From: a virus
Taxonomy: Duplodnaviria; Caudoviricetes
Direction: 5' to 3' (one strand)
DNA: 26,902 bases
Virus record (IMG/VR): IMGVR_UViG_3300031786_000036
Location: 1 to 26,902 of that record
The position numbers and the translations under genes are program-made. Shown in pieces: positions 1 through 8,749 of the stretch (positions within the stretch are counted from its first letter, which is position 1; each line of letters opens with the position of its first letter). The notes beneath the pieces were generated by a model, which had not been told where the DNA came from, made no database searches, and saw nothing but the letters and a program-made list of their open reading frames with translations.

Positions 1-1
1 A

Positions 2-1060
2 CTGGCAATAACTAGCAATAATGCTGGACAAAATTATCAAATTAAAATTAAAAATGCCGGCGGGACACGAGATGCAATCACGGTAAGAGCAACTACTGAA
101 CGTGTTGGTATTTTTAACGATAATCCTGCATACACATTTGATGTAAATGGCGATGCAAGAATTACAGGTAACCTTACAGTTGAAGGTGTAACTACTAGTA
201 TTGAAAGTACTAATTTAATTATTGAAGATAAAAACATTGTTATAGCAAATGTTGCTTCCCCGACAAATTTTACAGCTGATGGCGGCGGCATAACGATCAA
301 AGGATCTACTGATAAAACAATTGTGTATAATCAGTCTAATAATAGATTTAATATTTCTGAATCTATCAATCTTGCTTCGGGTAAGACACTACAAATTAAT
401 GGAGTTACTGTTATTTCAGGTAGTGCATTGGGTAGTGGAATCACTAGTGCTCCGGGAATTACAGCGTTTGGCCCACAAACAGAAATCACAGTTGATAACT
501 TATATCTAAATTCTAATAGAATACAGTCAATTAACACTGACGGTGATATTGAATTAGAACCAAACGGATTAGGGAATGTTGCACTTTACGGTAGTCCTAA
601 AATTACAGGTCTTGCTACCCCAACAACGGGTACAGATGCAGCCAATAAAACCTATGTTGATAATACTGTAAATGCAAAAGCTCTTGCACTTAGTATGGAT
701 ACAACAGGGTTAAATGATTTACAAATATCAAACTATTTGCAAGAAATTGCCCCAGCTGCTAATTATGTTTTAGGAACACAGGCTAGAATACATTGTACAC
801 GACAAATATCTACTTATGCATCAACTCCGTTAACAGCTAGTACATATCCTAGCACTAGCGGCAATATAGTTAAAACTTATGTAGCAGTTGATAAAGTAGG
901 CGGTTCAGAAAATCAGCCAGTTTTAGAAGATATTGCAGTGACATTAAACTTAGGAAATTCAACAGTGACTGTTGAAAGAACTACAAAATTATTTGAAATT
1001 AACATTATTACGGGCGTATGGACATATGTTTCAACTATCAGCGGCCCGACAATAACATGA
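2..1060 (+). CDS. Virion structural / tail-fibre-like protein, 5'-truncated by the window edge
   Basis: The frame of the 323..1060 ORF stays open back to nt 2 (LAITSNNAGQNYQIKIKNAGGTRDAITVRATTERVGIFNDNPAYTFDVNGDARITGNLTVEGVTTSIESTNLIIEDKNIV...), so the real start lies upstream. It is G/S/T/N-rich with motifs typical of phage fibre proteins (RVGIFNxNP, GNLTVEG, IEDKNI, DAANKxYVD). Confidence 0.75.
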   Translation: MAITSNNAGQNYQIKIKNAGGTRDAITVRATTERVGIFNDNPAYTFDVNGDARITGNLTVEGVTTSIESTNLIIEDKNIVIANVASPTNFTADGGGITIKGSTDKTIVYNQSNNRFNISESINLASGKTLQINGVTVISGSALGSGITSAPGITAFGPQTEITVDNLYLNSNRIQSINTDGDIELEPNGLGNVALYGSPKITGLATPTTGTDAANKTYVDNTVNAKALALSMDTTGLNDLQISNYLQEIAPAANYVLGTQARIHCTRQISTYASTPLTASTYPSTSGNIVKTYVAVDKVGGSENQPVLEDIAVTLNLGNSTVTVERTTKLFEINIITGVWTYVSTISGPTIT

Positions 1061-1070
1061 TTATAATACA

Positions 1071-1078
1071 GCTAAATA
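1071..1078 (+). promoter_or_regulatory. Candidate T4-like late promoter core (gcTAAATA)
   Basis: TAAATA at 1073-1078 lies in the short intergenic gap before the AAGGGG RBS and ATG 1102. It resembles the T4 late promoter TATAAATA, but it is a short motif in AT-rich DNA. Confidence 0.35.
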
Positions 1079-1101
1079 CAACGAGTTAAGGGGTTGCTTG
1101 C

Positions 1102-2553
1102 ATGCCATACAGCATTAATAGATATAATAATACGTTACTAACCGTTGTTGAAGACGGGACCATTGATAGTACGCTCGATATTAAACTTATCGGAAAAAAC
1201 TATGCCGGTTACGGAGAAGTACAAAATGAAAATTTTGTAAACCTACTAGAAAATTTTTCAGGAACAACAGAGCCCCCTCGCCCTATAAGCGGACAAATTT
1301 GGTTTGACAGCAATCTTAATAAGTTAAAATTCCGTGATAAAAACAATGCTTGGAGAACAACAGGCGGCGCTGAGGTTGGTGCAAGCGAGCCTACAACAGC
1401 ATTATCTACTGGTGATTTTTGGTTTAAAACAAGCACAGATCAGCTGTATGCATGGAACGGTTCAGAATACGTACTAATTGGTCCAGAAGCAGCATTAGGT
1501 CAAGGAACTACACTCTTACGTTCTAGAACAGTGTCAGATACCATAGGCGGAGCCCATGCGATTATTGAAGCCATCGTAGATGATGCCACTGTTCATATTA
1601 TCTCGTCTGATGAATTTACGTTAGATGGAGCATTAAATCCTATAACTGGATTTAGTGTGATCAAGAAAGGGTTAACTCTTGTAAACACTGGATCAGACGG
1701 AATAACTACTTCCGATCATAGATATTGGGGCACTGCAAGCAATTCTTTAAAACTTGCCGGGTTGCCCGATTCAGCATATCTTAAAGTTGCAGACTATGGC
1801 GGATTTGATGACATAGGATTTACACTAGGGGACAGTGATGATCTAGCAGTATTCATTGATGTTGACGGGATTACACCAGTTATTAGAAATGTTCTTAGCA
1901 ATACAATTAAGTTTCAAACTACTAGCTCGGGTATAAAGACTCCATTAACACTAGTGGCAAATGATATTTTACCAGGAACGACTGCTGTTTCTAATATTGG
2001 GTCAAATACATACAAATATGCAACGGTATATGCAGCATCGTTTGATGGTGTAGCAACTCAATCGACCACTTTGTTTTTTAACGGAGGGTATCGATCGGCG
2101 GTTGGCAATGCCAGTACAGCTAACTCAATAGTTGCTCGTGATGCTAGCGGTGATGTTTACGCCAATTTATTTCAAGGTACTGCTACGGCAGCTAGATTTG
2201 CTGACTTGGCAGAAAAATATCTTGCAGATGCCGAGTACGACGTAGGCACAGTTGTTGCAGTAGGCGGCGATAAAGAAGTTACTGCTGCTAAATATGGTGA
2301 TCGTGCATTAGGCGCAGTAAGTGCTAGTCCAGCGTTCATGATGAACAAAGATTTAGAAGGCGGGACATATATAGCATTAAAGGGCCGTGTACCTGTTAAA
2401 GTACAAGGTGCAGTGCGCAAAGGACAAAGACTAGTTGCAGCTAATAACGGTACGGCAGTGGCTGCAGTTCCGCATGCAAATGATATATTTGCAATAGCTT
2501 TAGAGTCTAGTGACGACACTGGTGTTAAATTAATTGAAGCAGTAATACTATAA
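1102..2553 (+). CDS. Tail fibre/spike-like protein with a putative C-terminal intramolecular chaperone (peptidase G2-like autocleavage) domain
   Basis: 483 aa. N-terminal LIGKNYAGYGEVQNENFVNLLENF, two PxxPxxG(Q/D)xWF-type repeats (PPRPISGQIWFDS, EPTTALSTGDFWFK), and a C-terminal ADLAEKY...GTVV...GAVS..PAFMMN...IALKGRVPVKV...G segment resembling chaperone domains of phage appendage proteins. Confidence 0.7.
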   Translation: MPYSINRYNNTLLTVVEDGTIDSTLDIKLIGKNYAGYGEVQNENFVNLLENFSGTTEPPRPISGQIWFDSNLNKLKFRDKNNAWRTTGGAEVGASEPTTALSTGDFWFKTSTDQLYAWNGSEYVLIGPEAALGQGTTLLRSRTVSDTIGGAHAIIEAIVDDATVHIISSDEFTLDGALNPITGFSVIKKGLTLVNTGSDGITTSDHRYWGTASNSLKLAGLPDSAYLKVADYGGFDDIGFTLGDSDDLAVFIDVDGITPVIRNVLSNTIKFQTTSSGIKTPLTLVANDILPGTTAVSNIGSNTYKYATVYAASFDGVATQSTTLFFNGGYRSAVGNASTANSIVARDASGDVYANLFQGTATAARFADLAEKYLADAEYDVGTVVAVGGDKEVTAAKYGDRALGAVSASPAFMMNKDLEGGTYIALKGRVPVKVQGAVRKGQRLVAANNGTAVAAVPHANDIFAIALESSDDTGVKLIEAVIL

Positions 2554-2563
2554 GGGATAGAAA

Positions 2564-3523
2564 ATGACAGCAGGTGTTGGACAACTAATACAAGTTAATG
2601 ACTTTAACTCTATTAGAACTAAAATTAATAATGTTATGGGAACAGGTACAGATGGTTACGGCCAAGCATTATCTAGTATTGATGCTACATCTAGTTCTAC
2701 ACAAACTGCAACATTTTGGAATAATTTAAGAATAGATATTGCTAAATGTCGTGGCCACCAAACTGGCAGTAACGAATTGTTAAACTTATCAGAGCCGGTT
2801 AGTACAACTCCTAGTGCAGGACAGGTACAAATTATATCAGAAGCAGTTAGGGCCCAATATGATACAATGGCAGATTCTTGTGTTACGAATAAAAGAGTGT
2901 GTGCAGTTGGACAAGGATCTCCAGAAGCTATTGCTAATGGGGTAGGTACTAGATCAACAAATTGGCGAGTAAACATTACACATTCCGTAACTACCGAATT
3001 TACTTCGGCATTAGCAGCAAGGTATTTCTTTAATGCAGGCGGACAAATTAGATTCAGTGGAAGTAGAGTAGGAACTGCAGCATCTACTAAAGATACTAGC
3101 TGGACTAATCTGTTACAACAACAAGGCACAGTATTTATGGACTATACTGGAACAGGCCAAGCAATTGCTGGCACTCCTTCTAATTCATTTGGTACTTCAA
3201 CTAGTATAGGTTTTTTTGATCTAACAACTTCTAATCAACAAATTTATATTAAAAATGCCACTGCTGGTACGTATGCTGAAAATTATTATCGCGTATTAGC
3301 TAAACTTAATACAGCATTTGGATCTGGAACAGAACCTACATCTATTATATTCACCATAGAATTTACTGATGCAGATACTGGTGATCAAACCGGCCTTGGA
3401 GCACCTGTCGACGAATTCGTTACAGGTACATTGACCAGTACTGTATCTATGTTTAGACCATCAGGTAGTAACGTATCCGTTACTGGTCCGACCATCGCTT
3501 CCCCAACTTTCAGCGGCTCATAA
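2564..3523 (+). CDS. Putative virion structural protein (Ser/Thr/Gly-rich)
   Basis: 319 aa with an AAGGGA RBS. Follows two fibre genes; contains ARYFFNAGGQIRF and a beta-rich composition. Confidence 0.6.
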   Translation: MTAGVGQLIQVNDFNSIRTKINNVMGTGTDGYGQALSSIDATSSSTQTATFWNNLRIDIAKCRGHQTGSNELLNLSEPVSTTPSAGQVQIISEAVRAQYDTMADSCVTNKRVCAVGQGSPEAIANGVGTRSTNWRVNITHSVTTEFTSALAARYFFNAGGQIRFSGSRVGTAASTKDTSWTNLLQQQGTVFMDYTGTGQAIAGTPSNSFGTSTSIGFFDLTTSNQQIYIKNATAGTYAENYYRVLAKLNTAFGSGTEPTSIIFTIEFTDADTGDQTGLGAPVDEFVTGTLTSTVSMFRPSGSNVSVTGPTIASPTFSGS

Positions 3524-3536
3524 ATTTTCTAACCCA

Positions 3537-3585
3537 GTAGATCGTTGCATAATTACAGTATAGATTGTAATTATGGAGTATCTAC
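3537..3585 (+). promoter_or_regulatory. Stem-loop enclosing the RBS of the first gene of the enzyme operon
   Basis: Inner stem CATAATTACA (3548-3557) / TGTAATTATG (3566-3575) is a perfect 10 bp. Outer stem GTAGAT (3537-3542) / ATCTAC (3580-3585). GGAG (3575-3578) is inside the structure, ATG is at 3586, and ATAATTA lies in the 5' arm. Confidence 0.55.
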
Positions 3586-3930
3586 ATGAATGAGCAAGTT
3601 ACTAAGGCCTTCAATATAGCCAACTTAATGGCTACTATGGCCAATCAAAAACGTATTTTAAAAGAAGAATTTGAACAAACACTGTTTTATTTTCATAACG
3701 GTGGCACATTTCAAGCTACTCCTGTATTAATTTCCTATGTTCAAAGTCTAAAATTATTAGAGTTAGAAGAAACTGTAATAGTTGATAGTAATGGAATTCC
3801 AATTCTTGTAAAAAGTCTTTCTAACTTTTTAGAACAACTATTAGATTGTCATGTACGAGCTAATAATTTGTATTTTACAAAATACGAAGATTTAAAAAAA
3901 TCTAGATCTGTAGAAAGTATCCTAGCATAA
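3586..3930 (+). CDS. Hypothetical protein (possible tail-fibre assembly/accessory protein)
   Basis: 114 aa with a GGAG RBS and a TAATG overlap with the next gene. Function is guessed from position only. Confidence 0.6.
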   Translation: MNEQVTKAFNIANLMATMANQKRILKEEFEQTLFYFHNGGTFQATPVLISYVQSLKLLELEETVIVDSNGIPILVKSLSNFLEQLLDCHVRANNLYFTKYEDLKKSRSVESILA

Positions 3931-4754
3931 TGACACAGGGAGTTTTAATTTTTGCATTTAACAGTGAGTTCAATTATCAAGAACTTGCACTGGCAGCAGC
4001 TAAACGAGTCAAAGAACATTTACAGTTACCAGTTAGTTTGGTAACTGATGCAACGACCTTGCTACCAGAAATATTTACATCCGTATTTGATAAAATAATT
4101 TTTTCTCAAGATACTTCTACACAAACTAAAACCTTTTTTGATGGTGCTATTGCATCAAATGTTTACGTTTGGAAAAATGCAAATCGATATCAAAGTTATG
4201 ATCTAACTCCGTACGATGAAACACTAGTTATTGACGCAGATTATCTTGTTAACAGTAATTTTTTATTAAATTGTTTTAAGTTAGAAAAAGATTTTTTAAT
4301 TTACAAAGACTCATATGACTTAACAGGATGGAGAACAGGTAACGAGTTCAAATATGTAAATCAACATTCTATACCATTTTACTGGGCAACAGTGTTATAT
4401 TTTAAGAAAACACCCAATACTCGTATACTGTTCGATCTAGTTGATTTCATACGACAAAACTGGAACTACTATAGATTAATCTATCAAATTCCTGAAAAGA
4501 AATTTAGAAACGATTATGCATTTAGCATTTCGTTACATATCTTAAATGGTTATGTTACCGATAATGTTGACACAATTCCTGGAAGAATGTATTATGTTAC
4601 AGATAAGGATATTCTAATTGCCGCAACACCCACATCCTGCACTTTGTTAGTTGAAAAAGAACATGCAATGGGTGAATATACTGCCTTGAAAATTTCCGAT
4701 GTTGATGTGCATGTAATGAACAAGCACAGTATTTTAAGGGTGTTGAATGACTAA
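3930..4754 (+). CDS. GT-A fold glycosyltransferase (GT8-like nucleotide-diphospho-sugar transferase)
   Basis: 274 aa. N-terminal GVLIFAFN strand, PYDETLVIDAD (DxD motif), FRNDYAFS and C-terminal HVMNK. Confidence 0.75.
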   Translation: MTQGVLIFAFNSEFNYQELALAAAKRVKEHLQLPVSLVTDATTLLPEIFTSVFDKIIFSQDTSTQTKTFFDGAIASNVYVWKNANRYQSYDLTPYDETLVIDADYLVNSNFLLNCFKLEKDFLIYKDSYDLTGWRTGNEFKYVNQHSIPFYWATVLYFKKTPNTRILFDLVDFIRQNWNYYRLIYQIPEKKFRNDYAFSISLHILNGYVTDNVDTIPGRMYYVTDKDILIAATPTSCTLLVEKEHAMGEYTALKISDVDVHVMNKHSILRVLND

Positions 4755-5583
4755 GGGACATTTAATTTTTGCACAAAATTCTGATATTGATTATGTTAGA
4801 CAAGCCTATGCATTAGCATTGTCAATTAAACAACATAATAAAATAAACAACGTTTGTTTAATGACAAATGATTCAGTGCCGTTTGAATATACAAAAGCAT
4901 TTGATCACATAGTTTCAATTCCATGGGGAGATGCTGCCGAAAAATCTGAATGGAAAATTGAAAACAGATGGAAGATAATTTATGCAAGCCCTTATCAGGA
5001 AACACTAGTTTACGATTCAGACATGCTAGTATGTTCTTCTAATGATCACTGGTGGGACTATTTAGAAAATAAAAATATTGCATTAGCCGGAAATGTACAA
5101 ACATACAAAGGCGAAATTGTGACTAACAATTTTTATAGAAAATCTTTTGTTGAAAACAATCTACCAGATTTGTATTTTGGAATACATTACATTAAAAAAA
5201 ATAAAAGATCTTATGAATTTTACAAATGGTTAGAAATTATTGTAAAAAACTGGAAACAATACTACAGCATTTATACTCCTAATAATCCTCAAAAGTTTTG
5301 TAGTATGGATGTATCATCGGCCATTGCAGCAACAATATTAGATGCCAAAGAAGAATTTGGCACAGGTAATCCTTTAACTTTTACGCATATGAAGCCGGCA
5401 ATACAAAACTGGCATGATATTCCAGATACATGGCAATCGGCAACTACTATGCAGTTTACTGATCATGCCGATCTTAAAATATCAAATTTTTTACAAACAG
5501 GTGTTTTTCATTACACTGAGAATGATTTTCTTACTGACGATATTATAAAAAAATTAGAGGCTGTATATGAATCAAGGTATTGA
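4747..5583 (+). CDS. GT-A fold glycosyltransferase, paralog of 3930..4754
   Basis: 278 aa. GHLIFAQN, SPYQETLVYDSD (DxD motif), SMDVSSAIA, FTHMKP; same motif order as the upstream gene. Confidence 0.75.
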   Translation: MTKGHLIFAQNSDIDYVRQAYALALSIKQHNKINNVCLMTNDSVPFEYTKAFDHIVSIPWGDAAEKSEWKIENRWKIIYASPYQETLVYDSDMLVCSSNDHWWDYLENKNIALAGNVQTYKGEIVTNNFYRKSFVENNLPDLYFGIHYIKKNKRSYEFYKWLEIIVKNWKQYYSIYTPNNPQKFCSMDVSSAIAATILDAKEEFGTGNPLTFTHMKPAIQNWHDIPDTWQSATTMQFTDHADLKISNFLQTGVFHYTENDFLTDDIIKKLEAVYESRY

Positions 5584-6139
5584 AGGCATTGACTTTATAA
5601 GTGAAGAAGACCGCTTGCGTACAAACACAATGTTTTCTGCTCCTAATATGTTTTATGTATATTATGACGAAAACAATAACATATATTCAATTACAAATGA
5701 AAAAAAAGAGTCTGGAAACTTTGTTGAAACTACTGAAGCTTTAGTTAAAGATTTCCTTGAAGGTAAAAAAGATTATAAAAATTTTAAAGTTAAAGGTAGT
5801 AGAAATAAACAATTTGTTGAAAACACTGTGCATGTTAAATCTGTTTATAAAGATTTTTCTGTAATAACAGCTTGTGAAACTACTCCTGAGTTAGCAGTAT
5901 CTATTAAAGACAAAAAAATAGTTTTTAAAATTAATCCTGACATTACAGGATATAGCGGAAACTTACAATTTTTTATTGTTGATAAAAACGATTATAATTG
6001 GTTATTTGAAACTTTAGAGGTAAGTTTAGAAGACATTCAACTGCATGGAATTGTTGAAAAATCTTTAAATTATAACTTTGAAAATATTGCCATACTTACT
6101 AAGAACTTTTTTAATTCTTATGGAATAGTAAATGACTAA
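5567..6139 (+). CDS. Hypothetical protein
   Basis: 190 aa ORF with a GAGG RBS, overlapping both neighbours. No motif recognised. Confidence 0.65.
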   Translation: MNQGIEGIDFISEEDRLRTNTMFSAPNMFYVYYDENNNIYSITNEKKESGNFVETTEALVKDFLEGKKDYKNFKVKGSRNKQFVENTVHVKSVYKDFSVITACETTPELAVSIKDKKIVFKINPDITGYSGNLQFFIVDKNDYNWLFETLEVSLEDIQLHGIVEKSLNYNFENIAILTKNFFNSYGIVND

Positions 6140-7058
6140 AAAAATTAAATTAATAGACTATGATGTTGTTTATCTAAGCTATGACGAACCCAATGCTGAA
6201 AAAAATTATGCCGACTTGCTAACAAAGATTCCTTGGGCAAAACGTGTTCACGGTGTTGACGGCAGTGACAGCGCACACAAGGCCTGTGCAAGACTTGCAG
6301 AAACAGACCGTGTTACTATTATTGATGGTGACAATATTATTAAGCCTGAATTAATTCAACAGTCTGTTGAATTTGTTGACGAAGTAGACCTGTCTAAATC
6401 TGTTCTATCATATGCGGCAGAAAACATTATTAATGGTTTACAATACGGTAATGGTGGAATTAAGAACTGGGATAGAGAATTAGTGCTAAACATGAAGACT
6501 CATGAAAATGCTGATCCTACAAATGATAAAACTCAAGTAGATTTTTGTTGGGATATAAACTATCTACAGTTAAAAAGCTGTATGAGTTATGTACATAATA
6601 ACGCTACTCCCCAGCAGGCGTGGCGAGCAGGATTCCGCGAAGGTGTAAAAATGAGTTTACTTGAAGGTAGCAAGCCTTCAAAAGATTTACCATTTGACAA
6701 ACAAATTCACTGGAAGAATTATCATAGACTAGTAACATGGATGAATGTTGGCGCAGATGTTGAACACGGTATTTGGGCCATGTACGGTGCTAGATTGGGT
6801 TGCTGGATGACTAATCTTAAAGATGATTGGGATCATACTAATGTACGAGATTTTAAGTATCTCAATAGTCTATGGAATACTTTAGAAACAAGTGTTGACT
6901 TTGACTTGTCTGCAGAAATGTTAGAATTAGGTACACAGCTAAGAGATCAGTTAGGCATACTTACAGGACCTAGCATATTAGATGCTGATCAAAGTAAATT
7001 TTTTAAAGCATTATACACAAATCCTCCTCGTATGAAAAATAACTGGGTTATAGAGTAA
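6132..7058 (+). CDS. GT-A fold (GT2-like) glycosyltransferase
   Basis: 308 aa. DVVYLSYDEPNA, RVHGVDG..AHKACA, IIDGDN (DxD motif), YGNGGIK, AWRAGFREGVK. Confidence 0.7.
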   Translation: MTKKIKLIDYDVVYLSYDEPNAEKNYADLLTKIPWAKRVHGVDGSDSAHKACARLAETDRVTIIDGDNIIKPELIQQSVEFVDEVDLSKSVLSYAAENIINGLQYGNGGIKNWDRELVLNMKTHENADPTNDKTQVDFCWDINYLQLKSCMSYVHNNATPQQAWRAGFREGVKMSLLEGSKPSKDLPFDKQIHWKNYHRLVTWMNVGADVEHGIWAMYGARLGCWMTNLKDDWDHTNVRDFKYLNSLWNTLETSVDFDLSAEMLELGTQLRDQLGILTGPSILDADQSKFFKALYTNPPRMKNNWVIE

Positions 7059-7726
7059 TGTACGATATTGTTTTTATAAGTTATAATGAACCTAATGCTG
7101 ATGAAAACTGGCAAAGATTAGCGTCTAGATTTCCCTTGGCTAAACGTGTGCATGGAGTTAAAGGCATCCATCGAGCACATATAATGGCTGCAAAAAAATG
7201 TTTCACACATATGTTTTGGGTTGTAGATGGTGATGCAGTAATACTTGATACTTTTGATTTTAGTTATAAAACTAAATTGTTAGACACTGTGCATGTATGG
7301 AGAAGTATCAATCCTATAAATGATTTAGAATATGGAAATGGCGGAGTAAAGTTATTACCTAGAAGTATGACAATTAATATGGATGTTACAAAGCCAGATA
7401 TGACAACTAGTATTAGTGAAAAGTTTAAACCAGTTTTAGAAGTTAGCAATATTACAGCATTTAACAGTGATCCTTTTAACACTTGGAAGAGTGCATTTAG
7501 AGAATGTTGTAAATTATCAAGTAAAATAATTGATAGACAAAAATCAGATGAAACTCAGCAAAGATTAACTGCATGGTGTACTAAAGGTGCAGATAGAATT
7601 TACGGAGACTATGCATTAGCAGGTGCTAAAGCAGGAGCATTATATGGAACTAACAATTCAAATAATGTTGACGCATTAAAAATGATCAATGATTTTGAAT
7701 GGTTAGAGAAACAATATGGAAAATAA
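7058..7726 (+). CDS. GT-A fold (GT2-like) glycosyltransferase, paralog of 6132..7058
   Basis: 222 aa. DIVFISYNEPNA, RVHGVKG..AH, VVDGDA (DxD motif), YGNGGVK, TWKSAFRECCK. Confidence 0.7.
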   Translation: MYDIVFISYNEPNADENWQRLASRFPLAKRVHGVKGIHRAHIMAAKKCFTHMFWVVDGDAVILDTFDFSYKTKLLDTVHVWRSINPINDLEYGNGGVKLLPRSMTINMDVTKPDMTTSISEKFKPVLEVSNITAFNSDPFNTWKSAFRECCKLSSKIIDRQKSDETQQRLTAWCTKGADRIYGDYALAGAKAGALYGTNNSNNVDALKMINDFEWLEKQYGK

Positions 7727-8534
7727 AAACGATGCAGTTGAGTTATTATTTGGATTAGAAACTTATTGTGAGTTTTTAAAAAAAGGAGAAGACAGGGCGT
7801 TTATACATGATATCATTAATGTCTTAAGAGCAGAAAACGTTAATGAGTCTATGCTTAATTATTGTCTTAAGCGACTTAACAGAGACGAGTTGTTTAGTTC
7901 AATTAACTCCTTTTCTAAAAATAATGATATACAACCGATTAAAGACGGGTTAAGCAGAAGTCAAATTCGAAGTAAAATATGGCTTATAGAAGAACTATCT
8001 AAATTAGGAATTAAATATTCCAATATTGTAATTATGGGAGGCTGGTTTGGTCAGCTAGTTAGTATATATGATAAAATATTAAAATTTGACAAAATTAGAA
8101 TTTTAGATCTTGAAAAATCTTTTTGTGAAGCTAGCGATTATACATTTAATTTAAAGTATCTTGAAAATTATAAAGTTAAAGCTGTGTGTGCAGATATAAA
8201 CAAATTAACATTGCACAAAAACGGATACGAATGGCCTGTTACTAATTTTAAAGAAAACACAGAATATGTAGAAAAATTTGTACCTGACCTAATTATTAAC
8301 ACAAGTGCAGAGCACATGAGCGAAGATTGGTTTCATCAGATTAGATTTAAAGAACTAGAATCTAATCCTATTGTGGCAATACACAGCAATAATATGTTTG
8401 ATGGTGAAGGCCATATTAATTGTGTGCATAGCGTTAACCATATGAAAAAGAAGTTTCCAATGAACGAAATTTTATTTGAAGGTGAGCTTCAACTTAAAGG
8501 GTATAAGCGAGTAATGCTTATAGGAAGACCATGA
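7716..8534 (+). CDS. Class I SAM-dependent methyltransferase-like protein
   Basis: 272 aa. Motif I-like IVIMGGWFG, acidic ILDLE after the second strand, CADI, and LIINTSAEH. Confidence 0.65.
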   Translation: MENKNDAVELLFGLETYCEFLKKGEDRAFIHDIINVLRAENVNESMLNYCLKRLNRDELFSSINSFSKNNDIQPIKDGLSRSQIRSKIWLIEELSKLGIKYSNIVIMGGWFGQLVSIYDKILKFDKIRILDLEKSFCEASDYTFNLKYLENYKVKAVCADINKLTLHKNGYEWPVTNFKENTEYVEKFVPDLIINTSAEHMSEDWFHQIRFKELESNPIVAIHSNNMFDGEGHINCVHSVNHMKKKFPMNEILFEGELQLKGYKRVMLIGRP

Positions 8535-8749
8535 TAGACAATCTTGAATTACGAGACTTACAAAAAGAAGCAGCTAGAGCATTAACAGTTATGGAAGCTA
8601 CAAATAACAACATCTACAAGTATAATGTTCAAGCCTATCATAACAGTCAAAATTGGTATCGAGCTGTTATTAAAGACTATGTAGAAAAGTACGGAGACCT
8701 TCCTAGTCGTGTTGGCCCTGCAAAAGAAATAAAATTAGTGATGGAATAA
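8531..8749 (+). CDS. Small hypothetical protein
   Basis: 72 aa, translationally coupled on both sides (ATGA and TAATG overlaps), with an AGGA RBS. Confidence 0.7.
   Translation: MIDNLELRDLQKEAARALTVMEATNNNIYKYNVQAYHNSQNWYRAVIKDYVEKYGDLPSRVGPAKEIKLVME

Noticed and set aside
37-3129. Minus-strand ORFs (37..300, 331..537, 1209..1436, 2172..2519, 2656..3129) and 321..509
   Set aside because: They are shadows of the structural genes, explained by biased codon usage.
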